Shown: positions 7,800-17,223, counted from the stretch's first letter. The stretch is 32,000 nucleotides of DNA from Nostoc sp. PCC 7120 = FACHB-418 (GCF_000009705.1 NC_003272.1:5160001-5192000), one strand, 5' to 3'. Notes: generated by a model not told the origin, from the sequence alone. A program made the numbers and translations.

Positions 7800-7841
7800 A
7801 AAGTAACAAGCCCATGCCCAAGGTTTTGTAGTCTTTGTTAC
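7800..7841 (-). promoter_or_regulatory. Canonical NtcA-activated promoter architecture: GTA-N8-TAC, 22 nt, then a TAN3T -10 box
   Basis: GTAGTCTTTGTTAC (palindromic consensus) at 7828-7841. On the minus strand exactly 22 nt follow, then TACTTT (7805..7800), about 33 nt before the GTG start at 7767. Confidence 0.6.
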
Positions 7842-8304
7842 TCTAGCCACAATTACCTCTACGTTTTTTTATAACCTATGTTGGCAAAATGTTGAGTTTA
7901 TGCCTTGTCCAGAGCGAAGTTGATAATATTATTAAATTTTTGTTATAGTTATTAAAAGTTCTTTTAGCTAAATGACTTACGTTTTAAAAACTAGCAATGT
8001 AACCCAACGTCATGAGCAAAAGAATACACAGAGTTAATTTTTGGCTAAATTTGCTTGTAATTTAGTTAATTCAACCATTTTTTCTTTGTTCAAGCTGTTC
8101 CCTGCAACTGAAAGTATAAAAATAGCCTAACGACTTAACGTGATTGCAAGTTTTCTGGAATAAAATCTAACTGTATTGTAGCTGCTGGAGTAACTATCAA
8201 AAGTGACCAAAAGGAATTGCATCTGAAATTGAAGCAGAAATTACCCTTCACATTTCAGCCTGAATCATTTACAATTCTCATTCCAAAGACATAAATCAGC
8301 AGTT

Positions 8305-8547
8305 ATGCTCCAAGACACACAAACCATCCGCTATTACCAACGAATTACCGACGCCTTCGTCGATTTGTGGAATCGCGGTTATCGCACGGATGAAATGCGG
8401 ATGTATTTGGACGGGTATCTAGCCGCGCTGCGACACAGTAACGTCATTGAGCCTTATCTGATTCATCGTTTAGAGGAGGAAGCTAGTCGCTACTTGTACG
8501 ATGTGTCAAACTTTGTGAAAACACAACCACAACCAGACTATTACTAA
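8305..8547 (+). CDS. Small conserved hypothetical protein (80 aa)
   Basis: ATG-initiated ORF with a helical-looking, Tyr/Arg-rich sequence and codon usage like its neighbours. I recognise no family motif. Confidence 0.55.
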   Translation: MLQDTQTIRYYQRITDAFVDLWNRGYRTDEMRMYLDGYLAALRHSNVIEPYLIHRLEEEASRYLYDVSNFVKTQPQPDYY

Positions 8548-8937
8548 CCCTTGCCAAAGAGCCAATAATAGCACCTGTAGCTCAACGCACGCAGATGATC
8601 TTAGCATATTATCTGTAATGGTCAAGAGCCACAATGGCGGTAATTTGGGGAAATACTTTACTTATGGATATCAGTCTCTCAGTTATTTAGGGATTTCCAA
8701 TCATGAGAATTGGGTGAAAAGGTGTTTAAATTTTGGATTTTTAATTGAACATCTAGAATTGCCAATCCAAAATTACAGGAACATAGGGCGTAGGAAATGG
8801 GAAATTGGCTAATTTTCCATAATGTCTAGTCTGATACCTTTGGTAAAATATCTTTGGGCTATTCCTATGCCCCATACCCAACTTTTATGAAAGAGTATTA
8901 CGCGTAAATCCTACTTTTTCTAATTTTTAGAAGGGAG

Positions 8938-9375
8938 TTATTTAGCTCTAGCACAACCTTCCAAAACAGTATTACCTGCAATGTATACGGCTGAGTAAGG
9001 GTATTTGGTATCAGACATCCCATCACTACAAGAACCTTTTCTGATTACCAGGGTATTTGTGCTATTGCGCCCTCGCAAACGATAGACTCTGACTAAATCT
9101 GTTGGTCTTCCTGATGCTGTAGAAGGGGCAATATAAGGAAACTTTTGACTAGATTCAGGGGTAGAGTAAATTATTCCTTTTCGGCTAACAGTTACACTCC
9201 AAAACGGTTCTGTACCACTGACAATCAATTCTTCACTAGCGCCTCGATTGGTAGCTTGAGAAACCAAGAAATCATTACTAACATATTCTCTTTTGCTGTT
9301 GGCACTGCTAGGGTCACTCAACATTAAAATAGTAGTAATTCCAGCTAAGAATATAGACGAAACTTGTGTTTTCAT
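8938..9375 (-). CDS. Secreted or periplasmic protein with an N-terminal signal peptide (COG3650-like EPFWS motif)
   Basis: 145-aa ORF. It has the signal-like N-terminus MKTQVSSIFLAGITTILMLSDPSSANS, the motif GTEPFWSVTV, and two C-terminal Cys residues. Confidence 0.65.
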   Translation of the reverse strand: MKTQVSSIFLAGITTILMLSDPSSANSKREYVSNDFLVSQATNRGASEELIVSGTEPFWSVTVSRKGIIYSTPESSQKFPYIAPSTASGRPTDLVRVYRLRGRNSTNTLVIRKGSCSDGMSDTKYPYSAVYIAGNTVLEGCARAK

Positions 9376-9596
9376 AGCTCGCTAATTAAATTTAGTAGTT
9401 AGTTCAGTACTTTTTTAACTACAACATTAACAATATATTTTCCGTCTGGATGTTCGAGATTTTGAGAGTGATGATACCCCATCCACTCGGACTTACAAAT
9501 TTATAGCCGTAGCCAGATAGATTAGGACATCAAGCTAAGATAAAACCCTGACAATAAAAGGCTTCCAAGTCTGTCAACAGACAACCCTCCGGGTTC

Positions 9597-9638
9597 GGCA
9601 GTTCGCAATCGACGCAAAGCGCCAAGACTGCGACTGCC
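9597..9638. other. GC-rich hairpin (GGCAGTTCGCA ... TGCGACTGCC) inside a GC-rich islet flanked by STRR3-like units
   Basis: A 10-bp stem with one bulge, plus an inner CGC-AAA-GCG mini-hairpin, read directly. The surrounding spacer is AT-rich. Confidence 0.4.
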
Positions 9639-9641
9639 TCA

Positions 9642-9659
9642 CAGTCAACCGTCAACAGC
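9642..9659. repeat. STRR3-like heptamers (CAGTCAA CCGTCAA CAGC)
   Basis: Read directly. A related GTCTGTCAACAGAC lies at 9569-9582 on the other side of the GC-rich hairpin. Confidence 0.6.
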
Positions 9660-9695
9660 TATATCAGGTATACGGAAAGCCCAAAATACCCGAAT

Positions 9696-9731
9696 AACAA
9701 AAAATAACCCTCTGTATATGCAGAGAGTTAT
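9696..9731 (-). terminator. Rho-independent terminator of mraY
   Basis: The minus strand reads ATAACTCTCTG-CATATA-CAGAGGGTTAT (an 11-bp stem with one G-U) followed by TTTTTTGTT, about 45 nt after the mraY stop. Confidence 0.75.
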
Positions 9732-9779
9732 TTCTTGTTGATGATTAATTTTGTGAAATATTCAGAATGGGGCGATGAG

Positions 9780-10889
9780 CTATGCTCCACCGGAGGCGAT
9801 CGCCAGACAGATGGCGGCTAAGATGGCAGCTATCACGTAAAATGAGCTAACTACCTGTAATTCTGACCAGCCTGATAATTCTAAATGGTGGTGCAGAGGA
9901 GCCATTTTCAAGAGGCGCTTGCCTTTCCCATCGGGGCCTTTGGTGGCTTTGTAATAGCTTACTTGTGCCATTACAGAAAGGGTTTCGACGAAGAAGATGC
10001 CACTGAGGATAAACAGGGCTACTAAACTGTTAGTTAGTAATGCCACAGCCGCTAAAGCACCTCCTAGTGCTAGGGAACCTGTATCACCCATAAATACCCT
10101 GGCTGGGTTGCGGTTGTGAGCTAAGAAACCTAAGCAACTACCACTTAAAGCTGCACAGAAAACCATTAATGCGGGGGATGTTGGGGCAACGATAGCACCT
10201 AATGCGAGTAAGGCGATCGCTACAGTTCCTCCGGCTAATCCATCAATACCATCAGTTAAATTAGTTGCATTACTCTCTGCCACGAGGACAAAGCCAGCCA
10301 AAGGCCAGAATAAAAATCCCAAAGGTAGGGCAAAGCTTACCCAGGGTAAAGCAATACTCGTAATATTAGCAGGTTGATTAAACATTAACCATAAACAAAA
10401 GGCTGCTGCAAAACCGATTTGCAAAGCCAATTTCATCCGGGGGGATATACCCTTATTGGACTTGCGGCGCAAAATTTGCCAATCGTCAATCCAACCAATT
10501 AGCCCATAACTGAGGGTGAGAGCCGAGACTGCAAGTACTTCTGTGGCAAAGTTAGACAGTACACAAGCACCTACCACGGCAACAGGAATAAAAAATATCC
10601 CCCCCATTGTGGGTGTGCCGGCTTTTTTCAAATGGGCTTGAGGGCCATCTTCACGGATGATTTGCCCAGTTTTCAGTGCTTGCAGTAGAGGCACTACAAA
10701 GTAACCTGCAATAGCTGAAGCAATAGTACATAGCAACAGGGGCAAGGTCAGCGATGTACCTTGCCAGGGATTTCTGTTTGCCATCCAATCCAAAGTTAAA
10801 GCTGCTATGCCTAGCCCGGCGGCTAAGGAAGAAGCTAGACCAATACCAGAAATATTTAATCCTTGATTAGGCGATAATTTAGCGTCCAC
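9780..10889 (-). CDS. mraY: Phospho-N-acetylmuramoyl-pentapeptide transferase
   Basis: 369-aa polytopic protein with MraY signatures: [41 protein letters not shown] and APLHHHLEL. Confidence 0.95.
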   Translation of the reverse strand: MDAKLSPNQGLNISGIGLASSLAAGLGIAALTLDWMANRNPWQGTSLTLPLLLCTIASAIAGYFVVPLLQALKTGQIIREDGPQAHLKKAGTPTMGGIFFIPVAVVGACVLSNFATEVLAVSALTLSYGLIGWIDDWQILRRKSNKGISPRMKLALQIGFAAAFCLWLMFNQPANITSIALPWVSFALPLGFLFWPLAGFVLVAESNATNLTDGIDGLAGGTVAIALLALGAIVAPTSPALMVFCAALSGSCLGFLAHNRNPARVFMGDTGSLALGGALAAVALLTNSLVALFILSGIFFVETLSVMAQVSYYKATKGPDGKGKRLLKMAPLHHHLELSGWSELQVVSSFYVIAAILAAICLAIASGGA

Positions 10890-10967
10890 AAAAGTTTCCC
10901 TTCACTCCACACTTTAATAAAACTGAATTATAGGGACTATATATAACAGAGTCCCAGTCTCAAAAGA

Positions 10968-11204
10968 CTAATCTTCGTCTATGGTGATATCGTCGTCATC
11001 ATCATCAAGGTAATCGATGCCATCTTCTCCACCCAGGAACTCTGATATTTCTTCTTCTTCATCGGAAAAATCTGGTTCATGAACGTCGCGGGAAATCAGA
11101 CGACCGTTGGCTTGCAACCAATCTAATAGGGAAGATTCTTGCTTTAGAGGGATGACAGCCGCACGCTGGTTACGAGGTTCTTCACGTAAAGGAGAATTCA
11201 ACAT
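10968..11204 (-). CDS. Small acidic conserved cyanobacterial protein (DUF3134-like)
   Basis: 78-aa ORF. The N-terminal NSPLREEPRNQRAAVIPLKQESSLLDWL resembles DUF3134 as I remember it. The tail is extremely acidic (DYLDDDDDDITIDED). Confidence 0.55.
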   Translation of the reverse strand: MLNSPLREEPRNQRAAVIPLKQESSLLDWLQANGRLISRDVHEPDFSDEEEEISEFLGGEDGIDYLDDDDDDITIDED

Positions 11205-11447
11205 ATCGATATCTAATGAGCAAAAAGACTTATGTAACTAGACATTAAGCAGTCTATCACTTGAGACGGGATAATTTAGTTATTTCTTCAACTATTGGAT
11301 TGATAAATCCGCAAGCTGGCAAAAATAATTTATTTAATAAAGATAAACTAATTGGGAATAGATTTTTAGTTATTTTCCACCTCCATACATAGGACATTAA
11401 TATCAATTTAATGTGAGTTTAATAATGACGCTTGTTAAAGGAATGTG

Positions 11448-12032
11448 ATGTTGAAAAAAACAGCTTTATTAGATGCGATCGCCGGGACTAATCGCGGTTT
11501 ATTAGCTAGTGAACAGCAGAAACAGGCTATCTTAGCAGCGATCGCTACATTAGAAGACCTCAATCCTACACCGCGTCCAGTAGAAACTGCCAATTTACTA
11601 GAAGGCAATTGGCGACTACTATACACCACCAGCAAAGCTCTTTTAAACTTAGATCGCGTACCTGTATATAAACTTGGACAAATTTATCAGTGTATTCGGG
11701 TAGAAACTACCAGCGTTTACAACATAGCAGAGATTTATGGCTTACCTTATCTCGAAGGATTAGTTAGCGTAGCTGCCAAATTTGAGCCAGTTTCAGAACG
11801 GCGTGTCCAAGTGAAATTCCAACGTTCCATCGTGGGTTTACAACGATTAATCGGGTACACTTCCCCAGGAGATTTTATCCAACAAATCGAAGCTGGTAAA
11901 AAGTTCACTGCTTTAGATGTACTGATTAAAAGTGATACACAGCAGGGATGGTTAGATATCACCTACATAGATAACAATTTACGCATTGGCAGGGGTAACG
12001 AGGGTAGTGTGTTTGTTTTAAGCAAAACATAA
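11448..12032 (+). CDS. PAP/fibrillin-family (plastid lipid-associated protein-like) protein
   Basis: Fibrillin hallmarks: LEDLNPTPRP, LLEGNWRLLYTTS and the C-terminal WLDITYIDNNLRIGRGNEGSVFVL. The ATG at 11448 is preferred over the GTG at 11445. Confidence 0.85.
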   Translation: MLKKTALLDAIAGTNRGLLASEQQKQAILAAIATLEDLNPTPRPVETANLLEGNWRLLYTTSKALLNLDRVPVYKLGQIYQCIRVETTSVYNIAEIYGLPYLEGLVSVAAKFEPVSERRVQVKFQRSIVGLQRLIGYTSPGDFIQQIEAGKKFTALDVLIKSDTQQGWLDITYIDNNLRIGRGNEGSVFVLSKT

Positions 12033-12188
12033 GTTTTTTTCTTAAAAATATGTTTGCGAACGAAGTTACGCGATCATTTAACCTTTGTCAAGGAGGGTCT
12101 GACCCCCATCTTAAGGCTGAGATTGGCAAGGGAACAGTTACTAAAGGAGGAGATTGACACTAGAGGCAAAAAATCGAGAAAAACTAAT

Positions 12189-12221
12189 GACTGTTGACTA
12201 TGAGCAACTGACAACTGACAG
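12189..12221. repeat. STRR-type heptamer tract (CTGTTGA ... CAACTGA CAACTGA CAG)
   Basis: Read directly in the psaE upstream spacer. Confidence 0.65.
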
Positions 12222-12341
12222 ATGAAAACTAACCAATCAGACAAATAACTTAACAAAGCCTCTAGTGATGGCGTTCAAGATGTAGAGTGAAATCAAATAG
12301 CCCTATATATTGGCAATTGATAACTAAAAGGGAAGATACTC

Positions 12342-12554
12342 ATGGTTCAACGTGGTTCTAAAGTACGTATTCTCCGCCCAGAATCCTACTGGTTCCAAGA
12401 TGTCGGAACTGTAGCTTCTGTTGACCAAAGTGGCATCAAATACCCAGTAATTGTCCGCTTTGATAAGGTAAACTACGCCGGCATCAACACCAACAACTTT
12501 GCTGTAGATGAATTAATCGAAGTGGAAGCACCTAAAGCTAAGGCTAAAAAATAA
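12342..12554 (+). CDS. psaE: Photosystem I reaction centre subunit IV
   Basis: The 70-aa [61 protein letters not shown] is an unmistakable PsaE sequence. AAGGGAAG lies upstream. Confidence 0.95.
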
Positions 12555-12790
12555 GCCACCAAGCCTCAAAGGGATTCTTTAATGGGATGATGGGAGAAGG
12601 GTAAAATTATAGATACGAAGTATGAAATTATAATTTTTCATTCTTCACCTCAGCCTACTCTACCGTATACAAACCGCCATGCGGATATTTACGGATTCTG
12701 CTGGGTAGTGCAACCAAAACTTAAAGTGTCTATATTCTTTCTCGTTTTAATTTCCAAAAAGTATTCCCACTGCTTGCTCAATCCGCTTAA

Positions 12791-13642
12791 ATGCCTGAAT
12801 TGCCTGAAGTTGAAACAGTGCGGCGGGGTTTAAACCAACTAACCCTGAACCGAAAAATTACGGGTGGAGATGTGTTGCTTCATCGCACCATCGCCCACCC
12901 TTTTTCTGTTGGTGATTTTTTGAATGGGATTACCGGGAGTACCATTAGTACTTGGCATCGTCGCGGTAAATATCTCCTCGCGGAACTCTCTGCGTCTCCC
13001 TCCACTACTTCCATCCCTTGGCTAGGTGTGCATCTGAGGATGACTGGTCAATTACTTTGGCTAAACCAAGATGAGCCTTTACACAAGCATACGCGGGTAA
13101 GAATATTTTTTGAGGAAGAGCAGGAATTACGCTTTGTTGACCAGCGAACTTTCGGTCAAATGTGGTGGGTTCCACCAGGAATAGCTGTAGAAAGCGTGAT
13201 TACTGGTTTAGCTAAACTTGCTGTAGATCCCTTTTCACCTGAATTTACTGTTGAGTACTTAGCAAATAAGCTGCATAATCGTCGCCGTCCCATCAAAACC
13301 GCCCTATTAGACCAGTCGGTTGTTGCAGGATTAGGTAACATCTATGCTGACGAAGCATTGTTTAAAAGTGGTGTGTTACCAGAAACTCTATGTACAGAAG
13401 TGCAGTTAAAGCAAATTAAGCTTTTGCGAACGGCGATTATTCAAGTTTTGGAAACCAGTATTGAGGCTGGTGGTACAACTTTTAGTAATTTCCTCAACGT
13501 TAAAGGGGTCAATGGTAATTATGGTGGTGTCGCCTGGGTGTACAATCGCGCGGGGGAACCATGTAAAGTTTGTGGTGATGTAATTCAGCGCATCAAGTTA
13601 GGTGGAAGATCCAGCCATTTTTGCCGCCAGTGTCAAGTTTAG
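12791..13642 (+). CDS. mutM: Formamidopyrimidine-DNA glycosylase (Fpg/MutM)
   Basis: It has the catalytic N-terminus MPELPEVETVRRGL, an H2TH region (GLGNIYADEALF), and a C-terminal zinc finger (CKVCG...CRQCQ). Confidence 0.95.
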   Translation: MPELPEVETVRRGLNQLTLNRKITGGDVLLHRTIAHPFSVGDFLNGITGSTISTWHRRGKYLLAELSASPSTTSIPWLGVHLRMTGQLLWLNQDEPLHKHTRVRIFFEEEQELRFVDQRTFGQMWWVPPGIAVESVITGLAKLAVDPFSPEFTVEYLANKLHNRRRPIKTALLDQSVVAGLGNIYADEALFKSGVLPETLCTEVQLKQIKLLRTAIIQVLETSIEAGGTTFSNFLNVKGVNGNYGGVAWVYNRAGEPCKVCGDVIQRIKLGGRSSHFCRQCQV

Positions 13643-13772
13643 GGGTGTATAAAAAACATAATTGTTTCCATCGAAAGTATTGATACTTGTTGCACCCTTG
13701 GTGAGTTGAACTTTTGTACTCGACTGCAAGCTAAAATCCTCTATAAGCCGATTAAAAAAATAGAGGGGATTT

Positions 13773-13985
13773 ATGCCAGTTAAAAAAGGCGAGATGGTTC
13801 GCGCTATCCGCGAGAAACTAGAAAATAGTGTAGAAGCGAAAGCCAGCGATACTCGCTTTCCAGCTTACTTGTTTGAAACAAAGGGTGAAGTCGTAGATAT
13901 CAAAGGTGATTACGCGCTGGTCATGTTTGGACAGGTACCAACGCCAAATATCTGGTTACGTTTGGATCAAATTGAATCATTCTAA
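13773..13985 (+). CDS. ndhO: NDH-1 complex subunit O
   Basis: The 70-aa sequence with [40 protein letters not shown]...[13 protein letters not shown] matches the cyanobacterial NdhO pattern I recall from Synechocystis ssl1690. Confidence 0.8.
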   Translation: MPVKKGEMVRAIREKLENSVEAKASDTRFPAYLFETKGEVVDIKGDYALVMFGQVPTPNIWLRLDQIESF

Positions 13986-14060
13986 AGCGGGGAGTGAGGA
14001 AAGAGACTTTAGCTGATTAATTTTGAGTTTCCTTGCTTCCAGCCAATTAACCCCATGACA

Positions 14061-14095
14061 AATTACAATTTGCGAATTACGAGTTACGAATTAAT
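14061..14095. repeat. Heptamer tandem tract (AATTACA ATTTGCG AATTACG AGTTACG AATTAAT)
   Basis: Five 7-nt units read directly in the ndhO-mdh spacer. Confidence 0.7.
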
Positions 14096-14160
14096 CTGAG
14101 TTGTTAATGTGGATAGTGTAAGCTGCCCTTGTTTTAACTTCCACATCTTTTCGTGTTGGC

Positions 14161-14202
14161 TGTTAACAGTTGACGGTTGACAGTTAACTTTCAGCAGTCA
14201 AC
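14161..14202. repeat. STRR3-like heptamer tract (TGTTAAC AGTTGAC GGTTGAC AGTTAAC TTTCAGC AGTCAAC)
   Basis: Six 7-nt units read directly, the complement of the CAACAGT-type STRR3. Confidence 0.8.
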
Positions 14203-14267
14203 AAACCATACAAGTGAGTATGTAATTTAAAAGCGTCATAGCTTAAGGATGCAATTCTACTCGAACC

Positions 14268-15239
14268 ATGTTTTCTTCTCCAGACTCCCCAATTTTGCAT
14301 TGTCTACCTCGTGTCGCCATTATTGGTGCTGGTAGGGTTGGTAGCACTTTAGCTCAACGTATTGCTGAGAAAAATTTAGCAGATGTGGTGCTATTAGATA
14401 TTGTTGAGGGTATACCTCAAGGATTAGCACTAGATTTATTAGAAGCTAGGGGTATTGAATTGCATAATCGTCAGATTATCGGCACAAATAATTATGCTGA
14501 TACCTCTGGTTCGCAAATCGTTGTCATAACAGCCGGATTTCCCCGCAAGCCAGGGATGAGTCGGGATGATTTGTTGAGAACTAACGCCAAGATTGTTATT
14601 GAGGCAGCAAAGCAAGCGATCGCCTACTCTCCCTATGCTATTTTTATCGTAGTCACCAATCCTTTGGATGTGATGACTTATTTAGCTTGGGAAGCCACAG
14701 GTTTACCCCGTAACCGCATCATGGGTATGGCTGGGGTGTTAGACTCGGCAAGATTTGAAACTTTTATTGCTTTAGAATTAGGGGTATTACCTGCGGATGT
14801 CAAAGCAATGGTATTGGGTAGCCACGGGGATTTGATGGTTCCCCTGTCTCGTTACGCCACAGTTAATGGTATCCCCATTACACAATTGTTGGATGCAGTC
14901 ACAATAGAAAGGTTAGTGGAAAGAACCCGTAATGGTGGTGCGGAAATTGTGGAATTGATGCAGACTGGTGGCGCGTTTTTTGCACCTGCATCAGCTACAA
15001 GTTTGATGGTGGAATCAATTTTATTGAATCAGTCCCGGCTGTTACCTGTGTCTATATATCTGCAAGGCGAATACGATTTAAAAGATGTAGTGATTGGTGT
15101 TCCTTGTCGGTTGGGATTAAATGGAATTGAGAGTGTAATAGAATTAAATCTCAGTGATAGTGAAAGAGAAGCTTTACATATCTCGGCTAAATCAGTGCAG
15201 AAAAATATTGAGCGATGGCGTTCTCTCCAGAATAGCTGA
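14268..15239 (+). CDS. mdh: Malate dehydrogenase (LDH-like MDH family)
   Basis: It has a Rossmann motif (VAIIGAGRVGSTLA), a substrate/catalytic region (GFPRKPGMSRDDLL, VTNPLD) and the catalytic His in LGSHGD. 323 aa. Confidence 0.93.
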   Translation: MFSSPDSPILHCLPRVAIIGAGRVGSTLAQRIAEKNLADVVLLDIVEGIPQGLALDLLEARGIELHNRQIIGTNNYADTSGSQIVVITAGFPRKPGMSRDDLLRTNAKIVIEAAKQAIAYSPYAIFIVVTNPLDVMTYLAWEATGLPRNRIMGMAGVLDSARFETFIALELGVLPADVKAMVLGSHGDLMVPLSRYATVNGIPITQLLDAVTIERLVERTRNGGAEIVELMQTGGAFFAPASATSLMVESILLNQSRLLPVSIYLQGEYDLKDVVIGVPCRLGLNGIESVIELNLSDSEREALHISAKSVQKNIERWRSLQNS

Positions 15240-15387
15240 TATCAATAAAATTTGAGCGTCACTTGATAAGTATACTCATTACTAATACTTCTTGATGATA
15301 TAAGAATGTCTAACCTGAGATATATATTTTAAAAATATTGGTATGTTTCAAGTTCTATGAAACTAGGTTTTTTAAAAAATGATTTTT

Positions 15388-15403
15388 GCAAATACGTATT
15401 TGC
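15388..15403. promoter_or_regulatory. Perfect 16-bp palindrome GCAAATACGTATTTGC upstream of the GT14 gene (candidate operator)
   Basis: Read directly. It is centred about 66 bp upstream of the ATG at 15462, in an AT-rich spacer. Confidence 0.35.
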
Positions 15404-15461
15404 CTAACATTACGCAGAACTGAACAATAGAAAAATTATTTATATAATTAATACATTAACA

Positions 15462-16358
15462 ATGAATTTAGCATATTTAATATTAGCACATAACAACCCT
15501 AACCATTTACAAAAACTGATTAGCTCTCTTGATACTTCAGATGTTCATTTCTTTGTACACATAGATGGCAAGAGCAATATATTACCTTTTCAGGCTAATC
15601 TTATCAGTAATAAAGTTACTTTTGTCCAAGAAAGAAGAAATATTTTTTGGGGCGAATTTTCTATAGTACAAGCTACTATAGATTTAATGAAAACCGCTTT
15701 AAATAAACAAGACTTCGACTATTTAATCTTGATTAGTGGAAGTGATTATCCTCTTAAAAATGCACAATATATTAAAGATTTTTTTTCCAAAAACAAGGGC
15801 TCAGAGTTTATAAATTTGGTAGAATTACCTAATGAGCAAGCCTCTAAAAATTTAAATAGGCTATATCAATATCGAATCAGCTTTTCCTCTAAGAATATAG
15901 TTTTGCGCGCATTCAGGAGGGTAATCAATTGTATTATCAATGATTTATTTCATTGGCAACGTAACTATAGAAAATCTTTAGGTGAGTTAAAACCATATGC
16001 TGGTAGTCAATGGTGGGCTTTATCTGGAGATGCTTGCAACTATATATTGAATTTCATTGCTAAAAACCCAGAAATATTAAAGTTCTTTCAAACTGCGTTA
16101 ATTCCTGATGAATCATTTTTTCATACGATATTAGCTAATTCCGATTTTCTAACAAAAGTTAAACCTAATCTCACTTTTACAAAGTGGAATGATACAGCAC
16201 ACCCAGAATATATAACCGTAGAAATAGTGCGAGACTTTAAAGGTATGGACGCAATTTACAACCATAGTATAGGTGGATACGGTGAAGTACTTTTTGCGAG
16301 GAAATTTGCCCCTGATTCAGACGAAGTGATTAAGTTTATCAATGATAATATTGCTTGA
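15462..16358 (+). CDS. Glycosyltransferase family 14 (core-2/I-branching beta-1,6-GlcNAc-transferase-like, Branch domain)
   Basis: 298 aa with GT14-type blocks: AYLILAHNNPNHLQKLI, FFVHIDGKS, WGEFSIVQATIDLMK, LISGSDYPL, GSQWWALS and PDESFFHTIL. It is much more AT-rich than its neighbours. Confidence 0.8.
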   Translation: MNLAYLILAHNNPNHLQKLISSLDTSDVHFFVHIDGKSNILPFQANLISNKVTFVQERRNIFWGEFSIVQATIDLMKTALNKQDFDYLILISGSDYPLKNAQYIKDFFSKNKGSEFINLVELPNEQASKNLNRLYQYRISFSSKNIVLRAFRRVINCIINDLFHWQRNYRKSLGELKPYAGSQWWALSGDACNYILNFIAKNPEILKFFQTALIPDESFFHTILANSDFLTKVKPNLTFTKWNDTAHPEYITVEIVRDFKGMDAIYNHSIGGYGEVLFARKFAPDSDEVIKFINDNIA

Positions 16359-16371
16359 ATGAAATGGCTTG

Positions 16372-17223
16372 TTAATGAAGTACTTTCAGACCTTGCTTTC
16401 GCATCCACAATGCTAGTACACCCATAAACACCACTCCCATTATTCCTTGTAGGGGATTATTATTTACCCCGGTTACCCAATCAGGAACTTGACCTGAATA
16501 TTGAATCAATCCTCCTACATTAATAATGTAATATCCCCAGACTAAACCACCATGTAACCCAATTGGTAAACCCAATCGTCCCCTACGCCAGCATTTACCC
16601 CATACCTGCGTTAGCCCCAGCAAGACCAAAGTTGGAAATTGCGGTAGTGTATGAATAATGACTTCTATTGGCTTAATAAAATGTAATAATGCAAATGTAA
16701 CTGCATCTATCCACAATGCCAAGCGTGGACTGTAATCTCGTTGCAACTCATCCAGCAACCATCCACGAAATAACAATTCTTCAGCAAATCCCACACCCAA
16801 ACTGACGAAAAACCCTTCTAAAACTATCTTGAGTAACAAAATTGTTGGTTGCTGCCATTTTAGCCAACCCAAAAAACCTTCAATAGTGAATAAAATCAGA
16901 ATGTTAATCAACCCCATTCCCAAGCCACACAGCATCTCCACACCATTACGCCGTGTAAATTCTAAACCATACTGCCGAAGTATTTGCGGTTGCTGATAGA
17001 CATTTTCACCCCAAAGTCTCAGCAGAAAAATAAACTCTGCATACAACAATACCATTGTCAATATACTTGCTAAATTAGTATCATGTACTAATAAGTAAAT
17101 TGGTGCAGCCAAGGGTAGCCATAAAAATAATAAAGCGAGAATAAAATAGACCAGCCTAATTGGGGCTGGACGCTGGGCTAAAAGAGCAAGTCTGTTTTTC
17201 ATATAGAGTTCACCAGTCAGCAC
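16372..17223 (-). CDS. CPBP-family intramembrane glutamic endopeptidase (CAAX protease / Abi domain)
   Basis: 283-aa polytopic protein with the CPBP motifs EELLFRGW and FALLHF, plus a distal LHGGLVW. Confidence 0.85.
   Translation of the reverse strand: MLTGELYMKNRLALLAQRPAPIRLVYFILALLFLWLPLAAPIYLLVHDTNLASILTMVLLYAEFIFLLRLWGENVYQQPQILRQYGLEFTRRNGVEMLCGLGMGLINILILFTIEGFLGWLKWQQPTILLLKIVLEGFFVSLGVGFAEELLFRGWLLDELQRDYSPRLALWIDAVTFALLHFIKPIEVIIHTLPQFPTLVLLGLTQVWGKCWRRGRLGLPIGLHGGLVWGYYIINVGGLIQYSGQVPDWVTGVNNNPLQGIMGVVFMGVLALWMRKQGLKVLH

Noticed and set aside
8618-8812. 64-aa plus-strand ORF in the 8548-8937 spacer
   Set aside because: There is no Shine-Dalgarno and no motif, and the composition looks non-coding. 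The region contains an AATTTTGGATT / AATCCAAAATT inverted repeat, which suggests non-coding structure. It may nevertheless be annotated in older genome releases.
12791-13985. psaE-mutM-ndhO adjacency as a functional unit
   Set aside because: Spacers of 130-236 bp suggest separate promoters for each gene. The adjacency of a repair glycosylase and photosynthetic subunits is most simply neutral synteny.
4892-14202. Heptamer repeat tracts as possible CRISPR arrays
   Set aside because: The units are 7 nt, contiguous and without spacers, and no cas genes are present. They are STRR-type tandem repeats.
16372-17223. CPBP/Abi-domain protein as an abortive-infection defence gene
   Set aside because: The Abi name is historical. 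This is a solitary housekeeping-type CAAX protease homologue next to clpS, with no immunity, toxin or bacteriocin partner genes.
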